DNA of 63,997 nt, counting the filler, from Rhizaria sp. SCN 62-66 (lineage: Eukaryota), in the NCBI GenBank assembly GCA_001724265.1. It is 5 parts of 5 records of this genome, joined end to end, with 100 filler letters (N's around TTAATTAATTAA, not from the genome) between each part and the next. Parts side by side here need not be neighbours in the genome. Positions count along the whole stretch, not along the records: positions 1 to 14,235 come from MEDY01000512.1; 4 more parts are not named here. One strand, given 5' to 3'. The notes under the pieces were generated by a model, which saw only the letters and a list, made by a program, of their open reading frames with translations, was not told the origin of the DNA and searched no databases. The position numbers and the translations under genes are program-made. Below are positions 1 through 12,278 of the stretch, in pieces (within the stretch, counting starts at the first letter, position 1; every line of letters begins with the position of its first letter).

Positions 1-95
1 AGGCCAGCCTTGGAGGAGCGGGACTGAGCCTTGGTGGCGGACTTAGCCTTGCCGCGGCCGGACTTGCCGCCCTTACCAGAAGCAGAGGTAGACAT
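1..95 (-). CDS. H2A: Histone H2A, 5' part (runs off the window start)
   Basis: Not in the ORF track. The reverse strand from ATG at 95 reads MSTSASGKGGKSGRGKAKSATKAQSRSSKAG(L), a Lys/Gly-rich tail followed by the H2A signature SRSSKAGL. Confidence 0.93.
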   Translation of the reverse strand, partial: MSTSASGKGGKSGRGKAKSATKAQSRSSKAG

Positions 96-691
96 CTTTT
101 GTGAAGAAGATTACAAAGTACGAGACTTTGGGTTTTCGGCAGTCAAAAATCGGAAAAATCATGTGGTCTCTGCCAGGGTTATTAACACCCTCCCGACACT
201 TCGCCACCCTCACGACTGCCAGCTTTTTCCATTTCCTAAGCAGGCTTAACTTTAAACACCACAAATTTGTTTGAGGAAAGAGTAATGCTCAATACGCATT
301 AAATCCTACAGTCGGAGCTTTAAATGAACATTTAATTGCTCGCTATGCTTCGCGGCTATATTTTTTATATTCTTTCTTAGTGTCATCGTTGTGCCTTTGG
401 GGCTCACTTAGCACCAGTTGGAAAGTGACGCGGTTCGCCTTCATCCAAGTAATTACAGCAGTGTAATCCAGTGTAATCCAGAAGTGTCATCCAAAAAAGT
501 GAGTACATGAAAGACTCTGATATAACAGTGTATTGGACGTCAATGTTGTCAAAACTGTTGTATTGCAGCAAACATGTTGCTCGCGCGTTTATATATCTTA
601 TTTGATATGTCTTACTTTTCTTCTCTTTTGCGTGCTTATTTCCTCTTTGTAGCTCCGATGCAGTGGCTAGAAGGTCTATGGTCTGGCTCTG

Positions 692-2307
692 ATGAGCCGT
701 GTAAATAAAGATGGCGACAATTGCGCGGACACTAACTGTGCAAAGCACAAAGTTCAGATGTGCCCCTACTTTCGCAAGTTTGCGTGCGAAGCGAGGAATC
801 CTTCATCCGCAACGTGTGCCCTACGCCACAATCAGCCCGCCAGGTCGACAGGAACCGGAAATGCACCCGCGCCCGCGAACAACAGCAACAGCAGCACCGA
901 CAAGGTTGCCAGCAACAGCAACACCGAAGGTAGCAACAAAGGCAACACCAACAGCAACAGCAACAACAACAACAACAACAAGAGCAGTGGCGCTGGCGCC
1001 GGCGCTGGCACTGACAAGAACAGTGGCGCCGCTGCGGAGGTTCACCGCAAGTGCGTTGCTCTGTGCGACAACGCAACCAAGCACCACATCAAGCTCTACA
1101 CGCTGATCCCCGGCGAGGTGGACGCTTTATTTCCCACCAACGCCGCGCGCGAGCGCTTCGAGCGCAAGTATCGCTGCACGATCGTGCTCGACGCATCGGG
1201 CGTCCAACTACGCGCGCCCGAGGCCGGCACCGTGGCGGCTGATGCGCTGTTTGCATTCGAAAAGCTGCGCGAAGATGTACGCCGGCGCACGCTTACCGAG
1301 GTGCGTCAGTTCAGTTTTGACGGCAACGTCTCTCTCCTCTGCGGCGCCGGTCTGGAAGTCCGCGACATCCTGTGCTACGGCGAAACTGCAACGGTGACTG
1401 TGTCTGTTGAATGCGCGCCAGGACGGGACGAGTTCGAGGATGATGAGGCGTTTCGCACCGCCTTTCTTCCTGGTGGCCACAGCGAATTGGCGCCGAGCAT
1501 CTCGTAACTGCCTGCCCTGCGTCATCCTGCAACTCAAGCAGAACGGCTGCCAGTGCTGCGCTTTCGAGTGCGGGAAGAAGCTGCCGCTGCGCAGCATTCC
1601 GATCGCTGATTTTGGCGACGGCGAGTTTGTCGCCATGCTGCGGTGGGCGCGCGACGCCTACCTGCTCAAAAACAACACCTCCTTTGTCAAGTGCTCGACA
1701 ACACACTGCCCCGAAATTCAGCGCAATCCGCCTGTCGTCGCTGGCGGCCTCAAGCAGTTCACTTGTCGGACGTGCAAGAAGACGCAGCCTGTCGGCGGCA
1801 GCGCGACCGACGGCGCTGATGCCGAGAAACTCAACGCCGAGCTGCCGACTGCGGTGCGCAACTAACTGCAGGGCACCTGTCCGAACCCAAACTGCCGAGT
1901 CATAGTGTAGGATAGGAACAACTATGCGGCTGTGGAATGTGGCTGATGTAACAACAACTTCTGCGGTGTGTGCACGAAGTACTACACTCTGATGGCGACG
2001 CACATAGCACGTGTGGAACTGCTCTGAAAACCGCGCGAAACACACTTTTATCTCCGAATCCCTTAAGGCCGAACTGCGCCTTAAGCGGCGCTTGGCGCGC
2101 GTGCTCACGGTGCTCGATGCCGCTCCGGAGCGCGCGGCCTGCGAGGTCGCGCTGTTGTTGGCTGAAGACTCCATCAAGGTTCCTGCCAAGGAGACGAGTT
2201 TCATGACTGAGGAGGCCTTTGTCAGGCGTTACTTGCTCAAGGTCGAGGAAGCAAGGCTCTCAAGCAAGCTGTGCCCCATCGTCCGGCGCTACAAGAACAA
2301 CCCATGA
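692..2307 (+). pseudogene. Decayed CCCH-zinc-finger / RBR (RING-IBR-RING) E3 ligase-like gene
   Basis: ORF 692-1507 has a CCCH-like motif (CPYFRKFAC..C..H). A different frame then gives half a RING (CLPC...CCAFEC) and an IBR (FVKCSTTHC...FTCRTC). A RING2-like CPNPNC..*D..YAAVECG*CNNNFCGVC follows, broken by TAA 1863, TAG 1908 and TGA 1944, with further frameshifts near 1990-2010. Confidence 0.72.
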
Positions 2308-3527
2308 ACGCCTCGCTTCGTTGCTTACACGCAACTCATACTCATCTAGCACAACTTGCCCCCACAACTTGCCCCCAACAGCTACTGCACTTTATGTGCA
2401 GCACTAACGCTGGGAGCGCTCTGGAAATGAAAATAATCTCATTGGTGTGATCATTGTCAGCATGATGTTCGTGCCAGCTAGCTCTAGCTCACAAACGAAT
2501 GTGTGCTGTAATTTACACAAGAAAAAGTCGCGATAATATGAAACAAACCCATTTGTATTTTTCAACAAACACATTTACTCAGACCTAAATGGTCAAATAA
2601 TACACAAGAATTAATACCTACGATAACTTACTAGTACCCGTAAATATTAAATTTGAAATATGAATAGAATATATTAAATTTATCTTGAACTCGACAGATT
2701 ATTGTCACACAACTAGCGTGATAGTGTGGCACAGCGATTGATCTTCGATTAGAACATGCCAAACAGCCTGCGCAGAGTCCATCCGAATTGCACAGGCTTA
2801 GGTACCACATCCGCACTTGCTCCTGCAGCACGCGCGACTGCGTTTGCGGCCACTGTTTTAGACGGCGCGCTCTCAAACTGAGCTTGCTTCCGACGTCTCT
2901 GCAACCTACGCGTTCGTGTTTAGCAACACTACGCTCTCGAACCATGTCTATAATGTGTTAATGGCCTATTTTTGAGAATTTAAAGGAACAACGCGCTCAT
3001 TGGACGCTAGCATCGTACTGATGAAGTCTGTCTATGGTACTGCCATCACTTAAACTGCATCTCTTGATCACAGTTTGTTACTCTTTGTCGGATTACACCA
3101 CGCAGCCCATCTTCATATCACTGTTATCGCTTTTTTACGTGTATGTGCGTGGTTACGTGAGCATGATCAGCAGTGTATTTGAGACCAGGGCTGAGATGGT
3201 GACCATGGTGATGTCACAACTGAGTTACGCTGCGCAGGCATGACGCTTGTCCGCTGATCGTGCGAACGAGTTGCTTCTGAATTTCTTCATTGAAAATCAA
3301 GTGTATTCCGAACTATATCAACATGGGTATACTATATATGAATTGTTATTTTTAAATAAACTGATTTGTGCCACGAGCAATCGCCTTTTTGGTCATGGCC
3401 TCGAGGAGACCTTGGCGTGCTAGTCGCAGTGTCGCCGCTACAATGGGTACAAAAAAGATTGAGGATCGTGAGATTAAAGTCCAATACAATTATGTCAAGC
3501 GTCTATGAAATATGCATTCTGAGCAAA

Positions 3528-6500
3528 TTAAAGAAGTCGTATTAGAAGCCTACCTTGGTTCGAAGGCACCTTCTCGTGCCTCACTACATCCCTACCACGC
3601 ACTTCCGGACGAGCAGACGCGTCAACTGCGCCCGCGTTCTTGCTACACTCCATCGCAGCACGCTCCCTCGCCGCAACCTCCTCCGCGTGCGCCGCGGCCT
3701 GTTGCCGTGACACTGCGAGTCCCGCACTGCCTTGAAGCCGCGGCCGGGTCCACACGGCGGCGCCCAAGCCAGACCGCGTCATTGCGGCCAGGGCCCCAGC
3801 GCATCGCTGCGGCGGGCGGTGAGCGCTCTCTGGGTGTGCCGTAGCAAACGCAAACGGGTGTGGAGGCAGCGCTGACTGCTGTTGGAGCAACTGGGACTGC
3901 TGTTGATTGTTATTGTCGCTCTCAGTGTCGATGTCGTGCTACGTTCCAGAACTGGTTGAAGAAGGGAAATAAAACATGTTCTGCACACTCTTTATACCTT
4001 GCGCAAGTGTTTGCGCACCGCCAAGCCCGGGCTCAACCACGTCTACCCCACCATCAGAATGAGCTGCGGCTCTTGCTTTCGCCGTCGCTCTTGCGGATGC
4101 GGGCGCTGGTGCAGTCATCGGCCGAGCGGCGGTGAGCACTGATGAGTCGCTCGCAACGACGGGGACAGAGCCCATCATCAGCAACACGGCCTGGCCTTGG
4201 CGCACGCGCTGCTGGTGGTCGCGCCGCTGCTGCTACTCTTCATCTTCCACGAACATCACGTTAACGCCACCGTCGCTGCTGCCGACGCCAGCAGTACCCA
4301 TTGTGTTAGGCAGCGGTGTGGTGATTGGCAAGTCAGCTCGCGAACCAAGCGCTGTGCGTGCAAGCATCTCCCACCCCTTCTCGCCGCGCACGCCGCCGTT
4401 TGCAGTGCGCACCGTGCTGACAGCTAGCGTCGTCGCGCCCTCGCTCACGCCTGTGGGCACGCTGGCTGGCCCCGTGTTGTGGCCGTAGCTTGCCGCCGCG
4501 GCCGCTGCAGCCCGGGCACGCGCGCGTGGCACAATACCGCGTTTGCGGCGCTCCTCAGCGGCGCGGGCGGCCGTCGCGGCTTCGTACGCTTGCTGCATGA
4601 ACGCGGCCTGGCTCTCGCGCTGCATGCGCGCAGCGGCTGAGGACGGGTCGTGCGCAGCGTACTCGGCGCTCTGCGTGTAGCGAGCATGCGAGTAACGCGT
4701 CGTTGAGTAATCGGTCGTAATTAAGCGACTGCCTGGGTCTGTGTCGTTGAGCAGTTGGCGGCGCGTCGACAAGCGAGTACGGGGACGTGCTGATTGTTGT
4801 TGCTGTTGCAACTGCTGCTGTTGTTGCCTGCGCTGCTTAGCAGCGTGAGCAGCGGCTGCCGCAGCCGCAGGGTCGGCGTGGAACAAGGTGTCACTCGCAC
4901 AGTCATACACAGTATCATCAGCCTCAAGTTGTTGCTCCTGCTGCTGTGGGCGTTGATACTGCCGCGCCTGTTGCTGTTGCTGCTGATGATACTGCTGGTA
5001 CACCGCCGCCGGAATAATCCCCGGCCCCAGCCTGTCCCTGTCTCTGTCACTGGCGCCGAAGCCGTCGCACTCACCGACCCTCTGCGCACGCAGTCCACCC
5101 TCCCGCACCGCGCCCCAAGAGCCCTCGTGCCAGCCCAGCATCGCCGCCGCGGCTGCGCCGCTGCTGCTCCCGCCGCCGCTGCTGGTACCGCTGCTGCTCG
5201 TGGCGGCTGCGGCGCCCGCTGCAGCGAGCGCAGCCTGTTGCGTGGAGGCGATGAGGTGCTTGACGCGTGCGTTGCGGGCCTCAGCCACGACCACAAGCTG
5301 TTTGTGCTGTGCGGAGCCGGGCGGGAAAAAGCGCTGCAACAATGCCACAGGTAGGGCGTACACTTCGCAGCATGCACCGTTGCCATCTTGGGAGCCATCT
5401 GGTGTGTGGAACGCAAAGGCTGTCGACATGCGCACGGGCGCAGTTGCCGCAGCTGCAGAGGCCCATGCCAGGCCCCTAGAAACGAGACGCTGCGAGCGGC
5501 TCGTAAGCGGACCCTGCTGAGCTGCTTCATGGGGACTTCGGGTTGAAGGCGCTGGGGTAAGATGTTGTTGCATTGAATCAGTGGCATTGGCGAATGTGCC
5601 GTCACCCGAAGCGCTGTTAGATACAAGCACGTTAACAAGTTCATGGGAGTTTTCAGCAAGCGCATCCATGGCACGGAAAATTGACACTGAACCACGGCGA
5701 TTCCTCCCGGGCAAATGTGCGTGTTGCTGTTGTTGCTGTTCATGGCGCTGTGTCTTTTGCATCTTCCCAGCATCGCCGTCACCATCACCGTCATCATGGT
5801 TGTCGGTCTCTCCGGAGGCATCGGCGTGGAGGTTCAGGTACTCCTTGGCGTGCTCGAGCAGCTGATTGTTCTCTGTGAAACTCGCGCGTCTAGTCACAGC
5901 CGCGACATCGCCGACAAAGGCGCTACCACTACTGTTGTTACTCAGTGCCCCCAATGCAGGCGGCTTTGCCTCCGCGTATAATGCCTGGTGCGACCTAACT
6001 TCCATCACCGCATCCGCCACGTCCGCGACGCTGCCGCGGCGGCGACAGCTGCTGACAGGTCGGCTAGTGCGGCCTCCGCTTGCGCCAGAGCCTGTGGTGG
6101 CAGCGGCAGCGGCGGCAAAAACGGAAGCGGGTATGCGGCGCAGCGTGAGAGGCAGCGATCCAAGACGACTTTGATCAGTTGGAGACGTGATGCCGTCAGA
6201 GTCCGAGGAGGCAGCAGCTGCAGCAGCCGCAGCAATCGCGGCAGCGCCTGCCGCGGCAGCAACATCGGCACCGCCGTCGGCCTCATACGATGCAACAAGA
6301 GACCCGCGGCGGTTGTAGATGGAAACGCCACGCCTCGTCTCTGGCTCCTGGCCCTCTGCTGACGGTGCCTGCGACTGAGACTGCGCGTCGTCACTATGTG
6401 CGACTGCATCAGTGCTGACACTGACAGAGCTTCTAGGTTTGGCACTCCCAGTCATCGCAGAAGCAGCAGCAGCAGCAGCAGCAGCTGATGCGGCAGCTGC

Positions 6501-9500
6501 GGCTGAGTCTTCCTTGTCCGCGTCAGTAACAGTCAGCGTCGTCATCGCCAATATAGGAGCTGCAGTGCCACTTGTGGAGCGGTCTCTAGAAACAGGCGTC
6601 GCGGCGGGTCGCGCAGGAGTGCTTTGCTGCTGCCTGCTCCCGTTGACGCTTCCGGGACGCGTCGGGGTGCTCGCTCCGTCCAGGTGGAAAAAAGGCGCGG
6701 CCAGTGTGGCACGGTGGCGGTGAGTGTAACGCGAGTATCCGGGATCCAAGGGCGACGGTAATGGCGGCAAACCGAGGTTAAGTCGCCTCGAAATCAGCGC
6801 GCTCACGCTCACCACAGAGTCGCCGTCGGTGGCGCTGCCAATCATACCACGAATACTTCCTGTACTGCCAGAACTACTGCTGGTGCCGCGGGCGGAGAGA
6901 AAGGCCGCGGCGCCGACGTCGCCGGCAGCGGCTGCAGCGGTTGCGGCTGCAGCGTCAGCAGCAGTAGCGGCGGCGAACGCAGCTGCTGTTGCAGCGGCAG
7001 CCTCAGCGCCCGCGGTTTCAATCTCAGCCATAGCTTGCCTCACAGTCGTAGAAGGACCCGCGCCAGTGTTGTTGTCATTGCCTGAGCTTGTAGCGCGGCG
7101 GGCGATGCTGCGTGGATTCGGCGATATGTACATCCCGCGGGAGTCCCGCCTGGAGTCGCTGCGGGAGTCGTTGCGCGAGTCATTGCGAGAGTCGTTGCGG
7201 CTGTCAGCCTTAGAGGTGGCGCTCTGTCGCTGATGCTCTTGATCCTGGGCATGTTTCTGCTGCTGCTCGAGTCTAAGGTGGCGTTGCATATCTTGTTCAT
7301 GCTGTTTGTCGAGCTCAATCGACTTTAGCATCGCCTCGCTCTGGCTTAACCTCGCGTTCGTCGCACTAAGACTGGAGCTCGCGTAACCATTGTCGCGGTC
7401 ACTGATGCGGCCACGGTCGCGGTCACTCGGGATGCGCGCGTGACGGCACTGCAGCCTGCGCCGCAGTTGCGCCTGCTGCAGTCGCAGCTTCTGTTCCTCC
7501 TCCGTCTCAGCACGCTTGTCTGCCGGAGCGAGGAACGCCTTGAGGTGCCGCGCCCACTTTGAACCCAACTCGAGCTCTTCAGTGTAAATACCCCCTTGAT
7601 TGCTGAACAAAAACGCGCGTTCGGCACGTTCACGCTGACACTCAACGCAGCTGCCACCGTCTTCGTCGTCGCTGTCACCAATGCTGCTTTGCAAGCCTCC
7701 GCCGTTGGTGTTGCTGTTGTATCCTCGAGCTTCGTCATCATCGTCTTCATCACTTTCATTGTCGTCGTAGTTGTAGTCGTTGTCGTTGTTTGCAGCCTTA
7801 GCTGCAGCTGCAGCAGCTGCCTCTGCCGCGGGGGCGCTCATGCGGCTGCCCTTGCCAGTCTGTCTCTCGCGCCGCGCAGGCTTTCCGTCACTGTTACTAG
7901 CATCGGTGCCGGTGGTTCCTGCAGTGGCGGGGTCGCCAGCGGATGTCACGCCGGATGCCGGTGCAGCCGCGCTCTTCGCGGCGCGCGCAGCGCTGACCTT
8001 GAGCGCCAGTGAAGAGTCGAGGTGCCGCAGCAGCTGGCCGGAGTCGGCGTTGGCGCTCACACCGCTCGCGTTAGGAGGCTGAGCAGCGCCAGATGCATCA
8101 GTACCCCAATGCCCAGCTGCCGGCAAAGGCGCAGCGTTCGTCACTGCGGTGCTGGCGGCGGCGTGGGCCCAGGAACCTGGCTTGATACCGGTTTGCCAGT
8201 AATCGCCACTGTAGTGATATGCGAATCCTCCGCCACTGACGCCTCCAGCGCCAGCATCACTGGGACCAGCACTAGCTACAACACTCGAGCTAGGGGGGCT
8301 CGAATTCGCGTCACTGTCCTTGGTGAGGTAGAGCTCCCACTCGCCGAACATGGCGCCCGGCCCAAAGTCCCCGACGGTCACCGCGACCGCGCGCGCGCCG
8401 TAGAGCACGGGCACGCTCACGGTCACGCGCACGGTGCCGCGCCGCACCCAGTACACGCATGCGGACCGCGCGCCCGGCGCGTAGATGACGCTCGCAGCGC
8501 CGGCCAAGGGGGTGCTCAAAGAGCAGTCTGGGCCCCAATTGCAGCCGCCAGTGCTGCGAGCAGCGAGCGAGAGGGCAAGAGAAAGAGAGTTCGGAGGGGC
8601 GCGCAGTGGGGTGAGGGGCGGGAGCGGGCACAGCCAGTACTGTGCCGAGGCCTGGTCCAAGGAGCTCAGGGTGCTGAGGAGGTACGTGCGCGCAATGAAA
8701 GAGAGCGCGTCAGTGAAGGACGGCGCTCGGCCGCCACGCGCAGTGTCGCGTTGCCGCGGTCGCGACTGCAGCTGCGACCGCGATTGCAAGTACGGCCGGG
8801 CAGTGCTGGGTCGCGTCGGGAGAAACCGTGACTGTGCGAGCTGGGACATAGATTTCTCGGCGAAACCGCCGCTGCCACGGTTCGTGCTTGCGTGAGCGTA
8901 AGAATTTGCGTCGGCGCTGCTGCGCGCGCCCAGACTGTAGTCGCTCATGTCGAGCGCCTCCGCGTACGCCGCATACGGCAGCACGAGCAGCACGCAGGAC
9001 ACCGGAGCCGGGCCTGCGGCTGGGGTCAGACCCGCGGCCGGGGCCGCAGCATTTGCAGCCATGCTCGCAGTTGCACCGAAGGTCGTGCGGCTTGGCGACC
9101 TTGGTGTCGACGCTGTTGTTGTCGGCTGCGCGCTGCTACTTGTTGGGGCAGTGATGCAGGTGGCACCGCGGAGCCCGGCGGAGAAAGTCAAGCCGTGCGT
9201 CGAAGTCAAGCCGCGCTGGTTGGGCGCAAGGCCGTTGGGCGCGGCCGCGAAGGCGGACTCGCCGAAGTACTGCCCGGGCCACAGCGTCGCGACGGGCGGT
9301 GGCAGGCTCGCGAGCTCCGACGCCGACAAAAGCGATAAGGGCGGCGGGTGCGCGCCCTTGGACGACGTGGCGCCGGGACTGATGTGCATCGACCGCGAGC
9401 GGTGGCGCTGGTGCTGAGGGGTCGAGGCAGCGGACTGTGAGTGCGAGCGCGAGAGCGTGGCAGGATTGCCGGCGAAATGGTTGTCACCATGAGAGCTGGC

Positions 9501-10990
9501 GTTACGGTCGTCGATGTTCGCGCACTGCATGTCGCGGTCATCGTCCTTGTGGCTCCAGCGCTCAGAGGCGAGCGTCTGGTGTTCGCTCACCGCTGCCAAG
9601 CTGCGGCTGACGCCCTCGGCAGCGCCCACGGTCGCCTCCGGGGCGCCCCACAGCCCGCCAACCTGCCCATTCTGGTGCTCCTGCGGCGCGACCGCGGGCC
9701 GCATGTACCGCGCGCCGCCGGCCATGGGGCCAGAAAGCAGGCGCCGCCGCTGCGCGGAGAGCGCGGCACGGCCCGCGCGCGCGTCGCGGCGCACGCGCGC
9801 GAAGACGGGGTCGAAGCGGGCGTCGAGCACGGGGCGGCCTGACGCGGCAGCCGCGCCGCCGGGCGACTGCGGACAGGTGTCATCGGGGAATGCGTTGGGC
9901 GCAGTCGCAATGTTGTCATCATCAGTGTTGCTCTTGTCCTGGTTGTTGTTGTTGGTGTTGTTGATAAGCTTACTATCAAAAGATAAAATGTTGCTGTGAT
10001 GGATGTTGTTGATGCAGCTGCTTGGGTGTGCTGTGTGTGGACGGCTTCCTTTCAATGCAGCTGGCGCGGGCTGAAACGCTGAGAAGGACAACGTCTGCGG
10101 CGTATTGTGCTGCTGTTGCTGCCTTGGCGACGGCAACGGCAGCTGCAGCCGAGGCACAACGACGGGCTGCGCGCGTTGCTGTCCGCGCTGCAGCGTCTGC
10201 CGCTGGCCCTGCTGGTCGCAGACACTGTCGCGCGCAGAAGGGGAGCTGGTGCCGTCAAGGCCGTCGTCGTTGCCGTCAGCGCCGGCGTTGAGCACGGGGT
10301 CCACGTGCACAGTGACCGCGCCCTGCAGGATGACGTAGATGGCGTCGCCGACCTCCCCCTGGTGCACCACCAGGGCCCCCGCGGGCAGCTCCAGCAGCCC
10401 AAACCCGGCGCACGCGCCGTCGCCCGGAACATGCACGCCCGCGCAGAGCGCCCGGAGGGCGGAGGAAGTGAGCGGCGCGAGGAACGGCAGTCTCTGCGCC
10501 GAGCGCAGGAGCGGCTTGAGCCAGGCGTAGAGGTATGCGGCCGCGCGCGGGGAGCGCTGGCCCGGCGGGGTAAGTAGCACGGAGCGCCAATGCAACAGTG
10601 CAGGGGGCAGCGAGGAAGACAGCGGCGCGAAACGTGCCGAAGTTGCAGAGGCAGAGACATCATATGTCGATGCTGATGTCGTGGAGAGAGACACAGGGGA
10701 AGTAGTCGCGACGTCGCTTGCTGAGAGAGAGGACGTCGTTGTGAAGAGCTAAAAATGTGCTGCCGGTGCGGGTGCAGAAAAATACTCGAGGCCCAAGTCT
10801 AGCGAGTGCTCCTAGGAAGCCGCATTCAGCGAGTACGACGGAGAAGTGACGGGGAGCATGAGGGCTGGATGGCTCCTGTCGCGAGAAGCGTGTCCGCTGA
10901 TACTAAGTAGGTTCCTGCTAGGCTGTAAAAATATTAAAAAGTGATTATATAAGATTTAGTGTGGTAAAATAAATACGCTGCGCATACCAT
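3528..10990 (-). CDS. Giant low-complexity protein with two split cyclic-nucleotide-binding domains; model join(10990..10988,10922..3528), about 2465 aa if TAG is read as sense
   Basis: cNMP motifs VVHQGEVGDAIYVILQGAVTV...LWPGQYFGE...RGATC and IYAPGARSACVYWVRRGTVRV...FGPGAMFGE...RMSTAFA. ATG|GTATGC at 10990-10982 and acceptor TTTTTACAG at 10923. The frame is open to TAA 3528 except for TAG at 10812, 10749, 4233 and 3939. Both ends of the model are less certain than the core (4236-10748). Confidence 0.75.
7137..7206 (-). repeat. 12-bp coding tandem repeat (DSRN/DSRS/DSRR, about 5.5 copies)
   Basis: The translation is DSRNDSRNDSRNDSRSDSRRDSR, and degenerate gagtcg.tgcg units are visible on the + strand. 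Confidence 0.85.
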
Positions 10991-12278
10991 GTTTAACGGA
11001 CATTGCAAACTACACGAGCTTGTTGAATAGTGCCAGTTAGGAATATGACCGTTACCGCTTGTCCTGCTAGACTACCGCCAGCGTGAAAATGACACATTCT
11101 GACAAAGTGAACAGTACTGTACATGTTTACGCCAATGCATGCAAAGAATGCAATCCGTGATTTCATGAAGAATTGTGATTGAACGGGTACGATCAAATAA
11201 TTCACTTAAAGTTCTGTATACTCGCGATGATCAGGAAGTCTTGAGCTTTGCGCAATCACATGTAAGTTCTGGCCACGGAGTTATGAAGACACGCGTGCAG
11301 CACAAACGCACATGTGAATATGCAAAAAGCAGAATATGGTTAAAATAAGACCAGGCATCATGTTGGAGCCAGAAAAGAGTCCTCAGAAAACAAAAAATAA
11401 GAATGAGAAAATCAATAATACGCGGCGCATAAACTACTAAAGCATACGCATTGGACACTGGGGACAGAAATGATGCATTTACCAACAACAAAAAAGACAC
11501 TGAAGTTAAGAAAACGTAAAATAAAGGCAACAACACATGGCAACAATGCCGCGCCGTTGCAAAAGGTTTGCTGGCACACAAGCCCGCTCACCGTGTGTTG
11601 TCTGCCGAATTACTGAAAATAAATTTCAAAAGAATACTGAAACAGAGTTAAAAACATGTTCACACACGAGCTAGACAAGAGCGGCAATTATACATATGAT
11701 GCGTAACGATGAATGAGCTTCGGTCTAAAACTAAAATCACAGGCAGGTGCGACGATGCACCAGTTGAAGTGGTGAGGCAGTCGAGACAAAGAATGCTCAG
11801 CTGCAACAAAGGGGGCGACCGCAGCGTAGGACGGTTTGACGTGTGTAGTACGATAATGTAAAGCATGTTGACAACTGCAAGAGTCGTTAGCAGTCAAGAA
11901 AAACACGAACAGACACACAAACATTCATATCCGCGCTGGTTTGAGATGGTTTCAACAGTGGCAGTGAGTTGCACAAAGCAACAAATTGATAGTAACAGAC
12001 AACTGTAGCGAGTCGTCGATAGAATGATCTAAAAAACGCAATAGATATGACGTGTGTAAATGTTGAAATTACAACAACAATAAGATGTGTCACAGTTGCT
12101 TGATCAGTTTTGTTAGTATGCATGAAGAAATGACTATGACGAAGAAAACACAAGGATGAGGAAGCGTTGGATTGAAGAAAGAAATTAAAAAAATAGCATG
12201 ATGAGAGTTACGAATTACGAAGTCCAGTATTTTCACTTCAACACCTGCCGGGAAATGACCGTGGACGGGGCGCGCTGC

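Noticed and set aside
1863-1946. All three stop codons reassigned (TAA, TAG and TGA in one frame)
   Set aside because: This occurs only in a locus that also has frameshifts and a truncated RING. TAA and TGA end conserved genes such as L2HGDH, RAD50 and MMS19 at the expected positions.
2351-2376. 13-bp direct duplication ACAACTTGCCCCC (and a 10-bp duplication at 461-480) as transposon footprints
   Set aside because: No terminal repeats or element lie between the copies; simple slippage explains them.
11000-12200. Short ORFs in AT-rich intergenic DNA (also 2400-3500, 53000-53600, 56850-57900, 63100-63900)
   Set aside because: They lack the GC-rich codon bias of real exons here and have no motifs. 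No tRNA or rRNA was recognisable by eye.
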